A stretch of 64,000 bases of DNA from Octopus vulgaris (Eukaryota), in the NCBI GenBank assembly GCA_951406725.2, contig OX597814.1:175646001-175710000 (forward strand), given 5' to 3'. This document shows, piece by piece, positions 1-12,679 of the stretch. The first letter of the stretch is position 1, and each line of letters opens with the position of its first letter. The notes beneath the pieces were generated by a model. That model worked only from the letters and a program-made list of their open reading frames with translations, was not told where the DNA came from and did not search any database. Both the position numbers and the translations under genes were made by a program.

Positions 1-429
1 GAGTTCAAATCCCGCCAAGGTAAACTTTACCCCTCATTCTTCTGGAGTCCACAAAATAAAATACAAGACACCTACGTTTCCAATGTGTGGCCTCTTGCCT
101 ATGTCAGAAACTGTTATTTTGTTAGTTATATTCTTTTATGTTCTAAGTTCAAATCTTACTGTGGTAAAGTTTGCCTCTCATCCTTCTTGAGTAAACAAAG
201 CAAAATACCTGTCAAGTAGTAGGGTCGATTTAATCCACAGATACCCTCTCTCCGAATTTGTGGCCTTGTGTTTTATATTATAGCGGCTGCTTAGTTAGAA
301 GTCTGAAAAGTCAATTCTTCATTTTCCCTTTCTCCCTCAGTTACAGCCTCAGGTTGGTGCTTATACCACTTGTTAAGAGATTTTATTTTATAATGCTGAC
401 GTATTAACCAGTATAGATATTGGCCAACT

Positions 430-1030
430 CTGTCATGTCTTGATCTATATTCTACTGATACTAAAACTTTACATGAGAGATTAAGTGGTTCATTGTTTCA
501 GTTACATCATTGCAGAATCAGCACTTTGGATCAACTCCATTTTTCATCACATTGGCTTTGTAGTTCCGGATCAATAAGCTTTGATCTTGAAGAACTAAGA
601 TGAAACCTTCGATCTCTGCCCTTAGCCCTAAACTTCTTACCCACTGATGGATGTGCTTCTGGTCAACGTCAGCTTATTTGTTATGGGCCACATATTTGAC
701 CAGCCCATTGTTCATGTGCATTTTTATTGCTATTAATTCTACCTTCTTCGTAACAACAGTTACCACACTTCACTTAGGCTGTTCAGCATGGATATCAATA
801 GCAAATATTCTAATCCCATTCAAGACAGAATGAAGCTTTTTATGCCTCTCGTGATTTTCAACGAGCTTTAGCATCCAGTCGTTAATTGCTTCAAGATATT
901 TGACCAGTCCAATTGTGGTGGTTTTGTATGAGAGTTCAAACTGGATCATGCATCGGCCTTCTAGGGCTCTCGGAAGGTAAAAGTGATCCACATCTGCATT
1001 TGGGTGGTGCATTTTATTATAAGTCAGCAT
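430..1030 (-). mobile_element. Degraded R4/Dong-type (RLE) non-LTR retrotransposon fragment, post-RT region
   Basis: ORF 770-1030 MHHPNADVDHFYLPRALEGRCMIQFELSYK parallels MHHPKADVDRLYLPRSSGGRGMMQLELCYK of the copy at 2119-2950. It continues through stops/frameshifts into AEIEGFILVLQDQSL and a degraded Cys motif near 510-630. Confidence 0.85.
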
Positions 1031-1039
1031 CGTAATATT

Positions 1040-1320
1040 CTTCTATCAATCTTATTACAAGTCAGCAGTTTAAACATTTTCTATCAAACTTATAAGTCTG
1101 CAGATTACGCATTAAACTTTTGAGAAAGAAGAATTCCTAACATCGGGCTACAACAAGTAACTTTAGATAACGAGAACCTTCCTAAGTATTCTAGATGTCC
1201 CTAATAACACTGTTTTCTGGAACTGTACGAAACAAGGTTTCATGCCTATTTCCGCTATCCGTCTATTCAAATCTTTATGGACAGTTTCTGATGTACCCAT
1301 AACTATAGGGATACCTTTTA
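1040..1320 (-). mobile_element. 3' tip (RLE C-terminus plus 3' UTR) of another R4/Dong-type LINE
   Basis: IPIVMGTSETV...FQKTVLLGTSRILRKVL matches the C-terminus VPVIVGALG...IQKIVLTSTAHILRKTL of the neighbouring copy. It is 5'-truncated directly against an (AAT/AAC)n tract. Confidence 0.8.
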
Positions 1321-1364
1321 TTATTATTGTTGTTGTTGTTGTTGTTGTTGTTGTCGTCGTCGTC

Positions 1365-1420
<56 letters not shown>

Positions 1421-1436
1421 CATTGTCATTTACTTT
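1321..1436. repeat. Compound trinucleotide microsatellite (ATT/GTT/GTC)n
   Basis: Directly visible; separates two LINE copies. Confidence 0.97.
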
Positions 1437-2950
1437 TAATCTGCATGTTTGATGCAATCACTTGCCGGGGCACACCCAGCGCCCTAGGGCAAGTGAAGGT
1501 TAAGAGTTGTTGAAATATAGTTGAAAGCTTGGGGAGGGGAAGTAGAGAAATATCTCCATGTAATACAAACACAAACAGTTACATTGATAGGGTTTTTCTA
1601 AGGATGTGGGCAGTACTTGTTAGCACAATCTTTTGGATTTCCTTGAGACATGGTTCTCCAGGGATATTGTCTAGGTGTTTCTGACATCCCTTTTTTATCA
1701 TACCTAGGGCTCCTACAATAACAGGAACAGTTTTTGTTTTAAGATTCCACATCTTTTGTATTTCGATTTCCAGGTCCTTATATTTACTAAGTTTGTCAAA
1801 TTCCTTTACAGATACATTTTTATCAGTGGGGACGCTTACCTCTATTAGTCTGCAGGTATTTTCTTCCCTGTCTTTAACAATTATGTCTGGTCGATTAGCC
1901 TTGATCGTTCTGTCAGTGTTGACTGGAAAATCCCAGAGGATGGTGTTCATACCAGTTCACACCTTCAACAACTGGCTGAGGATGGTGTTCATACCAGTTA
2001 GCAGGAGGGTCGAATTTGTAGTATTTACATATCTTCCAATGTATATACTGTCCTACCCTATCGTGGCGATTTTTGTATTCGTTTGGTGTCAGCACAGGAC
2101 ATCCCGAAACGAGATGGTCTATCGTTTCGTCAAATGTGTCGCAGAATCTGCATTTAGGGTCAGTACCGTTTCGGAGAACGTTAGCCTGGAATTTCTGGTA
2201 AACAAGCTTTGATCTTGTGCTGCCATTATGAAGCCTTCAGTCTCTGCTTTCAATCCAGAACTCTTCAGCCACTGATGGGTTGTTGCTTGGTCTACATCAG
2301 CATTTTGGCTTCGGAGAATATATTGTCCATGCAGGGGCTTCTGGCTCCACCGCCTCTCAATTTGATTCTGCCCGTTCTTTTTTGCAGTCTGCTTGATTCG
2401 CTTTGCTTGCTTGGTAGCAGTGGTTTCCGGCTCTTCATCTGATTCAAGGTTAATGTCTAGTTCCCTTTCGAACTTATAGGCTTCCTTGACAATAGAATGC
2501 AGCTTTTTGCTGCTTTCGTGTTCGTACACAAGTCGCAGCATCCAGTCCTTTGTACTAGATAGGCACCTGTTCATTCCTACAGTAGAGGTCTTATAGCACA
2601 GTTCTAATTGCATCATTCCTCTCCCTCCGCTGCTTCTAGGTAGGTACAGGCGGTCTACATCTGCCTTAGGGTGGTGCATGCTCTTGGATGTCAGTAATTT
2701 TCTTGTCTTCCTGTCCAAGCGTTGGAGTTCCGTAAGGTTCCAGTTAATGATGTTAAAACTGTACTGGACTACTGGAAGCGCCAGGGTGTTAATGGCCTCA
2801 ATGCAATTTTTGGAGTTGAGTTCAGTCTTCAGTACAAGCCTTATTCTCCTATAGTATTCCTTTCTTATTTTTTCCTTCATAGTAGCATGATGTATACCAT
2901 CTCCTTCGTTGATTCCTAGGTATTTGTAACTTTCTTGTGGGTCAAGTTCC
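1437..2950 (-). mobile_element. 5'-truncated R4/Dong-type LINE: RT C-terminus, zinc knuckle, restriction-like endonuclease, 3' UTR; frameshifted
   Basis: YKYLGI (end of RT), HHPKADVDRLYLPRSSGGRG, ETEGFIMAAQDQSL, RHDRVGQYIHW, and RLE motifs ANRPDIIV..CRLIEVSVP..KLSKYKDL (ORFs 2119-3111, 1913-2095, 1579-1950). Both ends abut (TAA)n tracts. Confidence 0.93.
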
Positions 2951-3030
<80 letters not shown>

Positions 3031-3034
3031 ATTA
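2951..3034. repeat. (ATT)n microsatellite
   Basis: Directly visible. Confidence 0.98.
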
Positions 3035-3430
3035 TTTGTTTGGATTTTGCTTTGTATTTGTACAAGTTGACTCCAAGTCTCACCCAGAGACCTTAAGAGA
3101 CAACAGGTCACAAGTTCAAGTTGGTGTTATGACTAGGGTGTCATATTTTTGGTTTTGCACAAAGTATTATTCTAGAGAATGTTTGTGAAAACATAAAAAT
3201 TACAAGCATGTTTTAAAAATAATTTGATTATATAATGGTAGTGTGATGTTAAGATAACAGTAGAAGGTGTTGGCTATTATGTACATTTATAAATATTTTG
3301 ACTCAGTTTACAGATTAAAATGTTTTTGGGATTGCATGGGATTACGTATACAATGTTTTTCGGTGTTACATAGACAATATTTCTCGTAGTTAAAAAGTTT
3401 TGGGGATTACATAAATAATATTTTTCGTAT
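3035..3430 (-). mobile_element. Probable LINE 3' UTR relic ending in (AAT)n
   Basis: Non-coding segment running on the minus strand into the (AAT)n tract, in the same orientation as flanking LINEs. Contains imperfect internal repeats (ttttgggattac...atatttttcg). Family assignment is inference only. Confidence 0.35.
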
Positions 3431-3447
3431 TATTATTTTATTAATAT

Positions 3448-3920
3448 TGAGTGATAGAGCAGTGCATGCCATCAATGTGACAGTGGGGTGAAATATATGA
3501 AGCCCAATATACCCATCATGACTACTTGCCTGATAACGGTACAACAGGCACATGCATCACAACCATATGTGCATGACATGGTGGTCTCATATCAAGATCT
3601 CATAAACAGCGCATAACCTTGCAGGTGGAGCCCCGTTAGAACTTTTTTCAGGTCAAGTAGCCGATCCCACCCAAAAAGGCCCTGAAGAAGGGTTGTTTAA
3701 GGATATTGAACGAAATACCCATGTTTCCAGAGTTGTATTATTCAAACCCCAAACAATTCCTCTCAACACATCCCTCACTACTTCTGTTCATGATTAGAGA
3801 TGCACCTATCGTCAGTTACTAAGAGACATACTCAACTGGTTAAGATCAAACAACCGAGAAGGAAACCTGTGGTACTGAGCAGAATATTTGCTGTAAACCA
3901 TCTTTTATACCAGGTCAAAA
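3448..3920. repeat. Probable interspersed repeat (unclassified, possibly a LINE UTR)
   Basis: GC-richer block with sharp boundaries, interrupting the LINE stack next to a short TTA-rich run. No coding motif recognised. Confidence 0.3.
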
Positions 3921-3924
3921 CAGA

Positions 3925-4755
3925 ATCTTTGCATTATCATTTTCGATGGTGCCCTCGGGTTTGTAGTCGTACCAATCGTTTGCTCTGTCAAGTCCATATT
4001 TGTTGCAAAGTGTTCAGTGGACAAACCTTGCTATATTGTCGTGGCGTCTCTTATATTCCTTCTGGTCTAGTGGCGTACATTGACTCGTAATATGCTATAC
4101 GGTTTCACCATATTGTCCACAGATTCTGCACTTATCACTTTCTGAAGTGTTGTCAATTCTATATTTTATGTAGTTTGTTCTTAGTGCTTGCTCTTGGGCA
4201 GCACAGATTAGAGCCTCCGTTTCCGGTTTTAATTCACTTTTAGTCATCCACAGCTATCTTTTTTTCTCTGTCTATCTTCAATATCCCCATGAAATTGCCC
4301 ATTCATTCATTTCTTTACCCACCTATTTTCAGTTGCTTGTACAGTGCTTTATCTTTGCAGTCTTTCATCCTACACAGGCCTGACCTTTTTACTTCTAATA
4401 ATAGCGGTTCTGTGGAATTTTTTTACATACCATGCTATGTTGTTTTCTTCTGCTCTAATGCTGTGTTCGCACCCAATAAGTCCTCTTCCCCCTCTTTTTC
4501 TTGTCTGTGTCACTTTTTGGATGGAGTGTCCCATATCTTGTTAGCAACTTCCTAGTCTTTCTGTTTAATCTGTTTAGTTCATTTACTGTTCCATGCGATT
4601 ACCCCTGATACATATCTAAGGAGTGAAACCGCCCAGGTGTTGATAGCTTCAATCTTATTCCGTTCGTTTAATTTCGACTTAAGGATCAGTCTCAGTCTGC
4701 GCAAGTACTCCACCTTAAATTTTTCTGTCATTTCTTCCTCCATCAATTTATCCAT
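3925..4755 (-). mobile_element. Degraded R4/Dong-type LINE fragment (distinct subfamily)
   Basis: KFKVEYLRRLRLILKSKLNERNKIEAINTWAVSLLRY. By manual translation also LHPKSDTD, ELKPETEALICAAQEQALRTN, CRICGQYGETV (zinc knuckle) and KRRHDNIARFVH, with several stops. Confidence 0.88.
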
Positions 4756-4791
4756 AGTAGTAGTAGTAGTAGTAGTAGTATTGGTTGTAGT

Positions 4792-4823
<32 letters not shown>

Positions 4824-4866
4824 CAGCAGTAGTAGTAGTAGTAGTAGTAGCAGCAGTAGTAGTAGT

Positions 4867-4898
<32 letters not shown>

Positions 4899-4947
4899 TA
4901 TTGGTAGTAGTAGTAGTAGTAGTAGCAGCAGCAGCAGTAGTAGTAGT

Positions 4948-4985
<38 letters not shown>

Positions 4986-4994
4986 TAGTAGTAA

Positions 4995-5047
<53 letters not shown>

Positions 5048-5056
5048 TCAGCAGCA
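4756..5056. repeat. Compound (TAG)n/(CAG)n microsatellite
   Basis: Directly visible; source of the poly-T/A, poly-V and poly-L pseudo-ORFs. Confidence 0.97.
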
Positions 5057-5934
5057 GAAGTTGTAGTAACGTCGAGACGCACACGAATACTAATAGGAGA
5101 CATTTTTCCTTAATTATAAAGATATGTATACCGATCGACCGGAATATAAATATCATCACCATCATCATCATCATCATCGTCGTCGCCGTTGTTGTTCTTG
5201 TTGTGGTAAGACTGTGGTTGTTCTTGTGATTGTAGAATATATTGTAACTAAAATATACACGTAAGAAATGCATAATTCAAGTTATTTCGAGAGTAGTTTC
5301 ATTTATTCATTTATGTGTTTACTTATTCATTCCTTTATTTTATCATGTCGTCTTTGAAGCACTTAGATGGTTTTTATACAACGAGAAAATGATGTCTTAT
5401 GAAAACTCTTTATTGAATCTGTTTTTTTCATCACCGTCTCTGAATTTTTCTTCACTGTTCAATTGTTATATGTAATCTAGTTACATATCTAATGCACAGA
5501 ATGCTTGAAACCCAAAGAAAAACAATCCACCTTCCAGACGAATCAAATAACAAGAATAAAAATTAAACAATAATAAAGTTACCTAACTTTTGATATGGGT
5601 AAAAATCGTAACTTCAGTAAAGTTTTAGAGTAGATTATGCAAACCACTGTAGTTGTATCTGATTGGTACCCGAAAGGGTGAAAGTCAAATTTGTCTCCGA
5701 TAGGTTCTTGAAATCAGAGAGCAAACGGACATAATTCAAATGCTGCAAAACATATTCGTTCCCGCTACTATCGATATTACCATTTCCAACAATTTTTAAC
5801 GAAGGCACAAGGGCACATATTTCCTGAAGAGAGGTGCACGGTCGATTTTATTGATTCCGGTACGTTACTCGTACTTATGTTATTGACATTCGTAGGATGA
5901 AAAAGAAATGTTGAATTACTTTTTATTTGACACC

Positions 5935-8440
5935 ACCTTTTGCCGACAATAATGTGGAATTGCGATGGGAGCAAAAGCAGCCCCAATTTTTGCGAAACTA
6001 ATCATGGGATATTGAGAAACACTACAAAATATGGATGCTCATTTTACCATTATATAAGAGAACTGGAAAAGATATCTGGGTAACTGCTTTATTATTTGGA
6101 ATGAGAATATTGATAACTATTTGAATTTAAATCATTACTCAGTAATATAAATCCAAATATTCAATTTATAATGGAGTATAGCAAAGAGCAACCCTCATTG
6201 TTTATATTTTGATTTAAAAAGTCAACAATGAAATTGAAACTGATACCAGACTCGAAACAATACCTTCTGTTTAATTCTTGGTACCAAAAACATAAAAAAA
6301 TAATATTCCCTTTAATTTAACGAAAAGGATTTGCACAATAGTGTCTGATACAAATATTCGGGACTTACGACTCCAAGGCCTTTGAACCTCACTAACCGAG
6401 AGACACTATCCACCCTCACTAATAGATGATAGGATTAAACATGCCAAGAAAATAGATGATAGAATACTACGGGAAACAAAGCAAAATCCCACACATCATC
6501 TACAAATGTCACCCTACATATCGACATGCAACCTTAGAAACAATGAGGTATATAACATCATTTAAAAAAATTTACTGATGCTCACTAGGGACTCAAAGAT
6601 GAATCACATTTCACAAACACACAAATTCATCAAAAGTGAAAAAAATAACCTAAATCATTAAAAAGAATATTGACAAATGCGAAGTTATACCCCACAACGA
6701 TGAAACCAATTTTTAAAAGATGCAGGCATCCAAACTGTGGAACATGCCCCAACCTACTGGCAGTTTCGGAATTCCACTTCAAACAAGGAGAGGGATTCAC
6801 AATTGAGACCAATTTCACATGTGCATCCTAAAATTTAATTTATGTGATAACTAGTTCAGAGTGTGGACACAACTATACAGGTCAATCGAACATGTCCCTT
6901 AGACAGTGAAATACACTTCATAAAGAACAGATTCGTTTCCCAAGGTATAGACAGATAATTTTAAGTGAACACATCGAGAGATGTGCGGGGAATCGCCGGC
7001 CAATCTTCACGGTTTTCCTTATCTACCAGTACAAGGAAACAATTTCTATACAACAACGATTAAATAAAGAGAACATATTTATAGAAAAATACAAAACACG
7101 CCTGAATATGAACAGATAACCAATTTTGGATTTTGTAAATATTTTAATTCAAGAACGCATAACCAACTTTGTACATATTTTATATCATAATTTTAATTCA
7201 TGAATTTATAACTTCATATTATAAATACTATAATTTTACCCTCCGAAAAATTGTACTCACAAAGAATTGTACCTCATTTTCCATAGCCTAGTTATTTCAT
7301 GTTTAAGAGGGTTGTATTCATCTATTTTGTCGCCTTCCTTCTTGACAATTCATGGGTCAAAGAGACATGCAACATCAACTATATAGCATATGTGGTGCAC
7401 CTTGCCGACCACCACTAGGTCAGGTCTGTTATGCTCTAGCACTTGATATGTTTGGATTGGGAAATCCCAGAGGATTTTGCTTTGTCTCCGATTCCGCCGC
7501 TCTCAGCGGTTTGTGCTCATACCACGTCTTATCTCTCTCTAGTTCCCACTTTTCGCACAGTTTCCAATGTAGCACTTTCGCTACCTCAATCTGTCAATAC
7601 AACTTGTAGTGGTTCTGGGCAAGTCTAGGGCATCTGTTCATGAAATGGGCAAGGGTTGAATCCACTCTATAGCAGATGCGACATAACTGAGACACTTGCT
7701 CATTCCTTGGATTGCCTTTAGTTTCGTATCAACAGACCACTTTTCGAGCTCGTTACATTATTTGACCAGTACAAAGGCTGTGTCTTGTATGGCTAGCAGT
7801 TATTGGATTGCGACAAAACCCACCCTAAGGCACAGTGTGGGACCTGCCGGGTGCGGTACCTTCACCATTGGTTCTAGTCCCGTTCACACCGTTATCGTCA
7901 TTTATTTGGTTTGGCATTTTCACTCACAAATGAGTTTGAATAGTGTATTCACATTCGGCTCTGTAAATTTTGGAAGTGTTGGTTGGATATCTGTTACATG
8001 ATACATAATTCAATGCTGCAAAACATATTCTTTTACTCGATTGTGTGTATATTCAGCCCTAGCATTTTCAAATTTTATAAAAATTGGAAATATTCTACTG
8101 AAGAGAGAAGTAAGTAAAATTTAAATAACTTTAATCTTGAAACGCGTATATAATTAATCCTGGTCGTATTGAATCATTGTTTTTCTCTTTGCTTTCGTAA
8201 AAATGTATGTTACCGTCATGGAAATTCTTATAGTAGCAGAAAAAAAAATTAACTCCTATTTCTAAATTCGGTATGTGGTGAAGCAATTAGCTGAACTCTA
8301 ATTATAATTATGTGGATAATTTTACCTATATAGGTTATTTTAACGTACCGATCTACTTGGTAAAATTATTTATTAATTGGTTATTTAATTAATTAATTTA
8401 ATTAATAAATTTTACCCTTCTATTACTAATTAAAAATTAT
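5935..8440 (+). mobile_element. 5'-truncated, decayed Penelope-like element (RT plus GIY-YIG endonuclease, long 3' region with hammerhead motif, ending at (TA)n)
   Basis: Manual translation gives GIAMGAKAAPIFAKLIMGY and NWKRYLGNCFIIW (decayed RYxDD), NIPFNLTKRICTIVSD, the Cys linker CRHPNCGTCP, NFTCAS*NLIYVITSSECGHNYTGQ (GIY-YIG) and ENIFIEKYKTRLN ending near 7110. Many stops and frameshifts; the 3' boundary is uncertain. Confidence 0.88.
8092..8154 (+). ncRNA. Minimal type-I hammerhead ribozyme-like motif (degenerate) in the Penelope 3' region
   Basis: attcta-CTGAAGA-GAGA...TCTT-GAAAC-gc-GTA-tataat. Stem I 5/6 bp, stem II 4 bp, palindromic ACGCGT stem III. Confidence 0.6.
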
Positions 8441-8740
8441 ATATATATATATAAGATTTAATCCAAGAAAATAGAATGTTACATAAATGCTATATAATGA
8501 TGTGTATGGTATGCACACTCAGAAATGAACAACTGATGCTATTGGACATAAACAATTGTTGGGATTTAGATTAAAGCTTGTTCATTCCGTATTCTTGTAT
8601 TAGAAATGTTTTTGTATGAATTCTGCGAACTCTTACGAATTTCCATGTCTAAGGGAAGTATTTCTGCTGTTATGATGGCATACGGTAGCTGATAACCGCA
8701 GAGGAGCTTTGGAATACACGTTAGGAAGTTACTACCTAGA

Positions 8741-8813
<73 letters not shown>

Positions 8814-8816
8814 CAC

Positions 8817-8866
<50 letters not shown>

Positions 8867-9109
8867 GTGTGTAAACACACACACATATATATATAACATG
8901 CTTATAAACACATACAATCACATGCACACGCACACACCCACAAACACTCATATACGCACATATATATATATTTATTTGGATTTGGGGATTTCTACTTGGT
9001 AATACCATTATACACGTCCATTATTCGCTCGTAACATATTTTATCTATTAGATTTATTATATCTATTAGCCATATGATACATTATTCTATACTGATATAT
9101 GCATATGCG

Positions 9110-9169
<60 letters not shown>

Positions 9170-9172
9170 TAT

Positions 9173-9208
<36 letters not shown>

Positions 9209-9475
9209 TATACACTCATATATATATATATACATACATACATACATTCTTACATACACACATACATATATGTATATACATATATGTATATACATATACA
9301 TACATACATATATACATATATATATACATATATACATGCATACATACATTATTCGCTCGTAACATCTTTTCTCTATTAGATTTATTATATCTATTAGCTA
9401 TACGATACATCATTCTATACTAATATATGCATATGCGTATGTATATATATATACATACAGACACACTCATACACA

Positions 9476-9519
<44 letters not shown>

Positions 9520-9664
9520 CATACATTCATACATACACACATACACGTATATATATGCATATACATACATATGTACATATATACAAATATATATATATAC
9601 ATATATACATGCATACATGCATTCATATATACATACATATACATATACATACATACATACATAC

Positions 9665-9733
<69 letters not shown>

Positions 9734-9735
9734 CA
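8741..9735. repeat. (TA)/(CA)/(TACA) microsatellite field containing a ~100-bp direct duplication (9019-9120 and 9347-9450)
   Basis: cattattcgctcgtaacat...gatttattatatctattagc...tatgcatatgcgtatg occurs twice with few differences. Confidence 0.92.
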
Positions 9736-10069
9736 TGGGCAATATATTTCATTTAAAAACGTAACGATAATTGACTATCTTTTTAATATTACTTTCTCCA
9801 CCTTGCCTTGTTCTGAAAATATTCAATATGAATGTCATTTATTTAAGTTTTCTAATAATACAAGGCTAACATATATTTCTCTGACATAGCTTTTGCCAAG
9901 TTTTAATAATTGCTTTCCAAATGAAATCGCTTCATAAAAAGATATTCTGAGAGAATTATGAATGTCATAAAGATTACAAAATTTTCCATTATGTGTGTGT
10001 GTGTGTGTACGTGTATATGTATATATATATATATATTTTCGCATTTTTGTATTTTTATATATATTTTTT

Positions 10070-10131
<62 letters not shown>

Positions 10132-11200
10132 GGCAAGACGTTTAAACTACAGTACTTCAGAAACATGTGTGGTATTTTTGTTGTTATTGCTCCAAGTCAC
10201 TGCATATCGAACTGAAACACATTCCAGCTTGTACCATCTCATCTTTTCCCGCGACACAATGCACTTGATACCATACATACAAACATATATGTATACAAAT
10301 ATACATACATACAGACTTATACGTACATACAAGCCATCACTGGAATTGTAAAAATCTGTAAAACTTTCCCGAAGTTTATCATTTAAGTATATACGAGCAT
10401 GTCTAGGTATGCAAGTATATGCATAATAAGACATACATAAGCCAGAAGATGCAAATCTGCATGTATACAGGCATACATACAAAAACACCCTGTTGTTGAT
10501 GTTAAAATTCCAATGAAGGAGCCTATGATTTAGGTTAGAATCCGGCTCTTTCTCTATTGGCAAGAAATCTTGAACTAAAACTGAATAATGACATACATAC
10601 AAAAATACATACATACATACATACATACATACATACATACATACATACGTACATACATACATGCATGCATACATACATACATACATATATATACATACAT
10701 ATATTTACGTAGAATGATATTTGACACATTCGTGTACATCTGAACGTAGAAATAGTCTGGGAAGAAATATGATGTCTTAGACAAATGTGAAAGTACACTG
10801 GAATATGAAAGACATCATCAAACATGAATATCATTCTAGGCGAATATATGTTATTCAACGTTGCTTCTCTGTTCAATTAATTCTACTTTCACAAAAATTT
10901 AGGTACTCCAGCAAATTTAATACTTGCTGTTCGTGAATATTGCACCTATGGGGATGTGAAAGATGAATTCAATTTTCCTGACTGATGATACATAACGACA
11001 CAGAAGGACGTGCGTTGCACATGATCCAAACACATCGGTCATAGCCGAATGTGTTTTCACGCATGCTGTCTAAGACGAGATGTTTCTCCAGAGACTATTT
11101 CTGCAGCGACAGACCTTCCCAGTGTATACGGTGCACCTTTTCAAGTGTATAATGTGTTAAGTATCATTGTACATGCATATATTTTGTTCGACGCTGCTTC

Positions 11201-11264
<64 letters not shown>

Positions 11265-11268
<4 letters not shown>

Positions 11269-11530
11269 CGAATATAGCGCTGATGAAGGAATTCAAATTC
11301 ACCCTTTTTTTTATATGTTTGTGATCCAGAAACACCGTGTTCGCTATTAACGGTAAGTGACTGAATTCGTGTATTTGCCACTCCGGTTTTGTGTATGTGA
11401 GCCGCAAGGGCCTTCGTTTTTGGAACCTCCACTTATAGAAATGGAAAAAACGGTCTTTGACTGCCATTTCTAATTCCTTCGGTATGAGGCGAAACAGCTT
11501 GCTGCTAGCCAACTTATTTTTCTTTACTAT
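11265..11530 (+). mobile_element. Short non-autonomous hammerhead-bearing element inserted in (TA)n
   Basis: ~265 bp of complex sequence with pure (TA)n on both sides, containing the hammerhead fold at 11274-11347. Confidence 0.6.
11274..11347 (+). ncRNA. Type-I hammerhead ribozyme-like motif
   Basis: ATAGCG-CTGATGA-aGGA..TCAC..GTGA-TCCa-GAAAC-A-ccg-T-GTT-CGCTAT. Perfect 6-bp stem I, 3-bp stem III, GUU triplet. Confidence 0.72.
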
Positions 11531-11567
11531 ATATATATATATATATATATTCACGTACATATGGATA

Positions 11568-11610
<43 letters not shown>

Positions 11611-11814
11611 ATGTATGTATGTATGTATGTATGTATGTATGTATGTATGTGTGTGTATGTATGCATGTATGTTTGTATCTATCTAGCTGTCTATCTAGCT
11701 ATACATATGTACATGTATACGTGTATGTATAATATATATGAATGTATACATATATCTGTAAATATATATATACATATATATACACACATCACTTATATAT
11801 ATACTGTATGTACA

Positions 11815-11853
<39 letters not shown>

Positions 11854-11874
11854 TATACATATCTATCTATCTAC

Positions 11875-11979
<105 letters not shown>

Positions 11980-12086
11980 AATCTCTCTCTCTCTCTCTAT
12001 ATATATATACATGGTATATGTCTATACGACATACACATACACACGCACATACTCTCTCTCTCTTTCTGTCTGTCTGTCTGTCTGTC

Positions 12087-12122
<36 letters not shown>

Positions 12123-12535
12123 ACACACACAAACACACACTTTAATGGAATATAAGTCAAAATTCTGGCCCATAAGATTCATGGCGTTTACGAATTTTGC
12201 CAACAATTCTTAGAACAGATATATATCTTGACTGATATTCTGCCAAAATGGTTGACATTAAAGAAATATGTTCTCCACATGCTTACTATGTGAACATCAA
12301 AAGTGCTCATTTATTTTAACATCTGTCTATCTACCTATCTATCTTTTTGCATCAGAATATAACTTTTCACGTATAAATACGTTGTTAGATGCGTATGTTG
12401 TGTGTATTTAGGCGTTTGTATGTGTGTGTGTGGTGTGTGTGTGTGTGTATTTAGGCTGTAAGAACCCATTTATTATAGTTTCTTTCAACGTTCGTGTTGT
12501 GCAATACACGCTTGGTCATAATAAAAAAACCACTG

Positions 12536-12537
<2 letters not shown>

Positions 12538-12567
<30 letters not shown>

Positions 12568-12679
12568 CTTCTTCTTCTTCTTCTTCTTCTTCTTCTTCTT
12601 CTTCTTCTTCTTCTTCTTCTTCTTCTTCTTCTTCTTCTTCTTCTTCTTCTTCTTCTTCTTCTTCTTCTTCTTCTTCTTC
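12538..12679. repeat. Perfect (CTT)n microsatellite, ~47 units
   Basis: Directly visible. Confidence 0.98.

Noticed and set aside
2119-3111. 330-aa ORF as an intact gene with poly-Asn
   Set aside because: It reads through (AAT)n into a 5'-truncated LINE, lacks the RT core and frameshifts before the zinc knuckle.
3680-3725. CTGAAGA...GAAA as a hammerhead
   Set aside because: GAAA lies inside the GGGT/ACCC stem rather than after it; no stem III or stem I.
4579-5103. Thr/Ala-rich ORF resembling a mucin or antifreeze glycoprotein fused to a LINE peptide
   Set aside because: It is the (CTA/CTG)n microsatellite read in frame with a truncated retrotransposon fragment that hits a stop. No signal peptide or splice support.
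6900-6915. In-frame TGA in the Penelope GIY-YIG region as possible selenocysteine
   Set aside because: It falls where the conserved Arg is expected (CGA to TGA decay) in a copy with many other stops.
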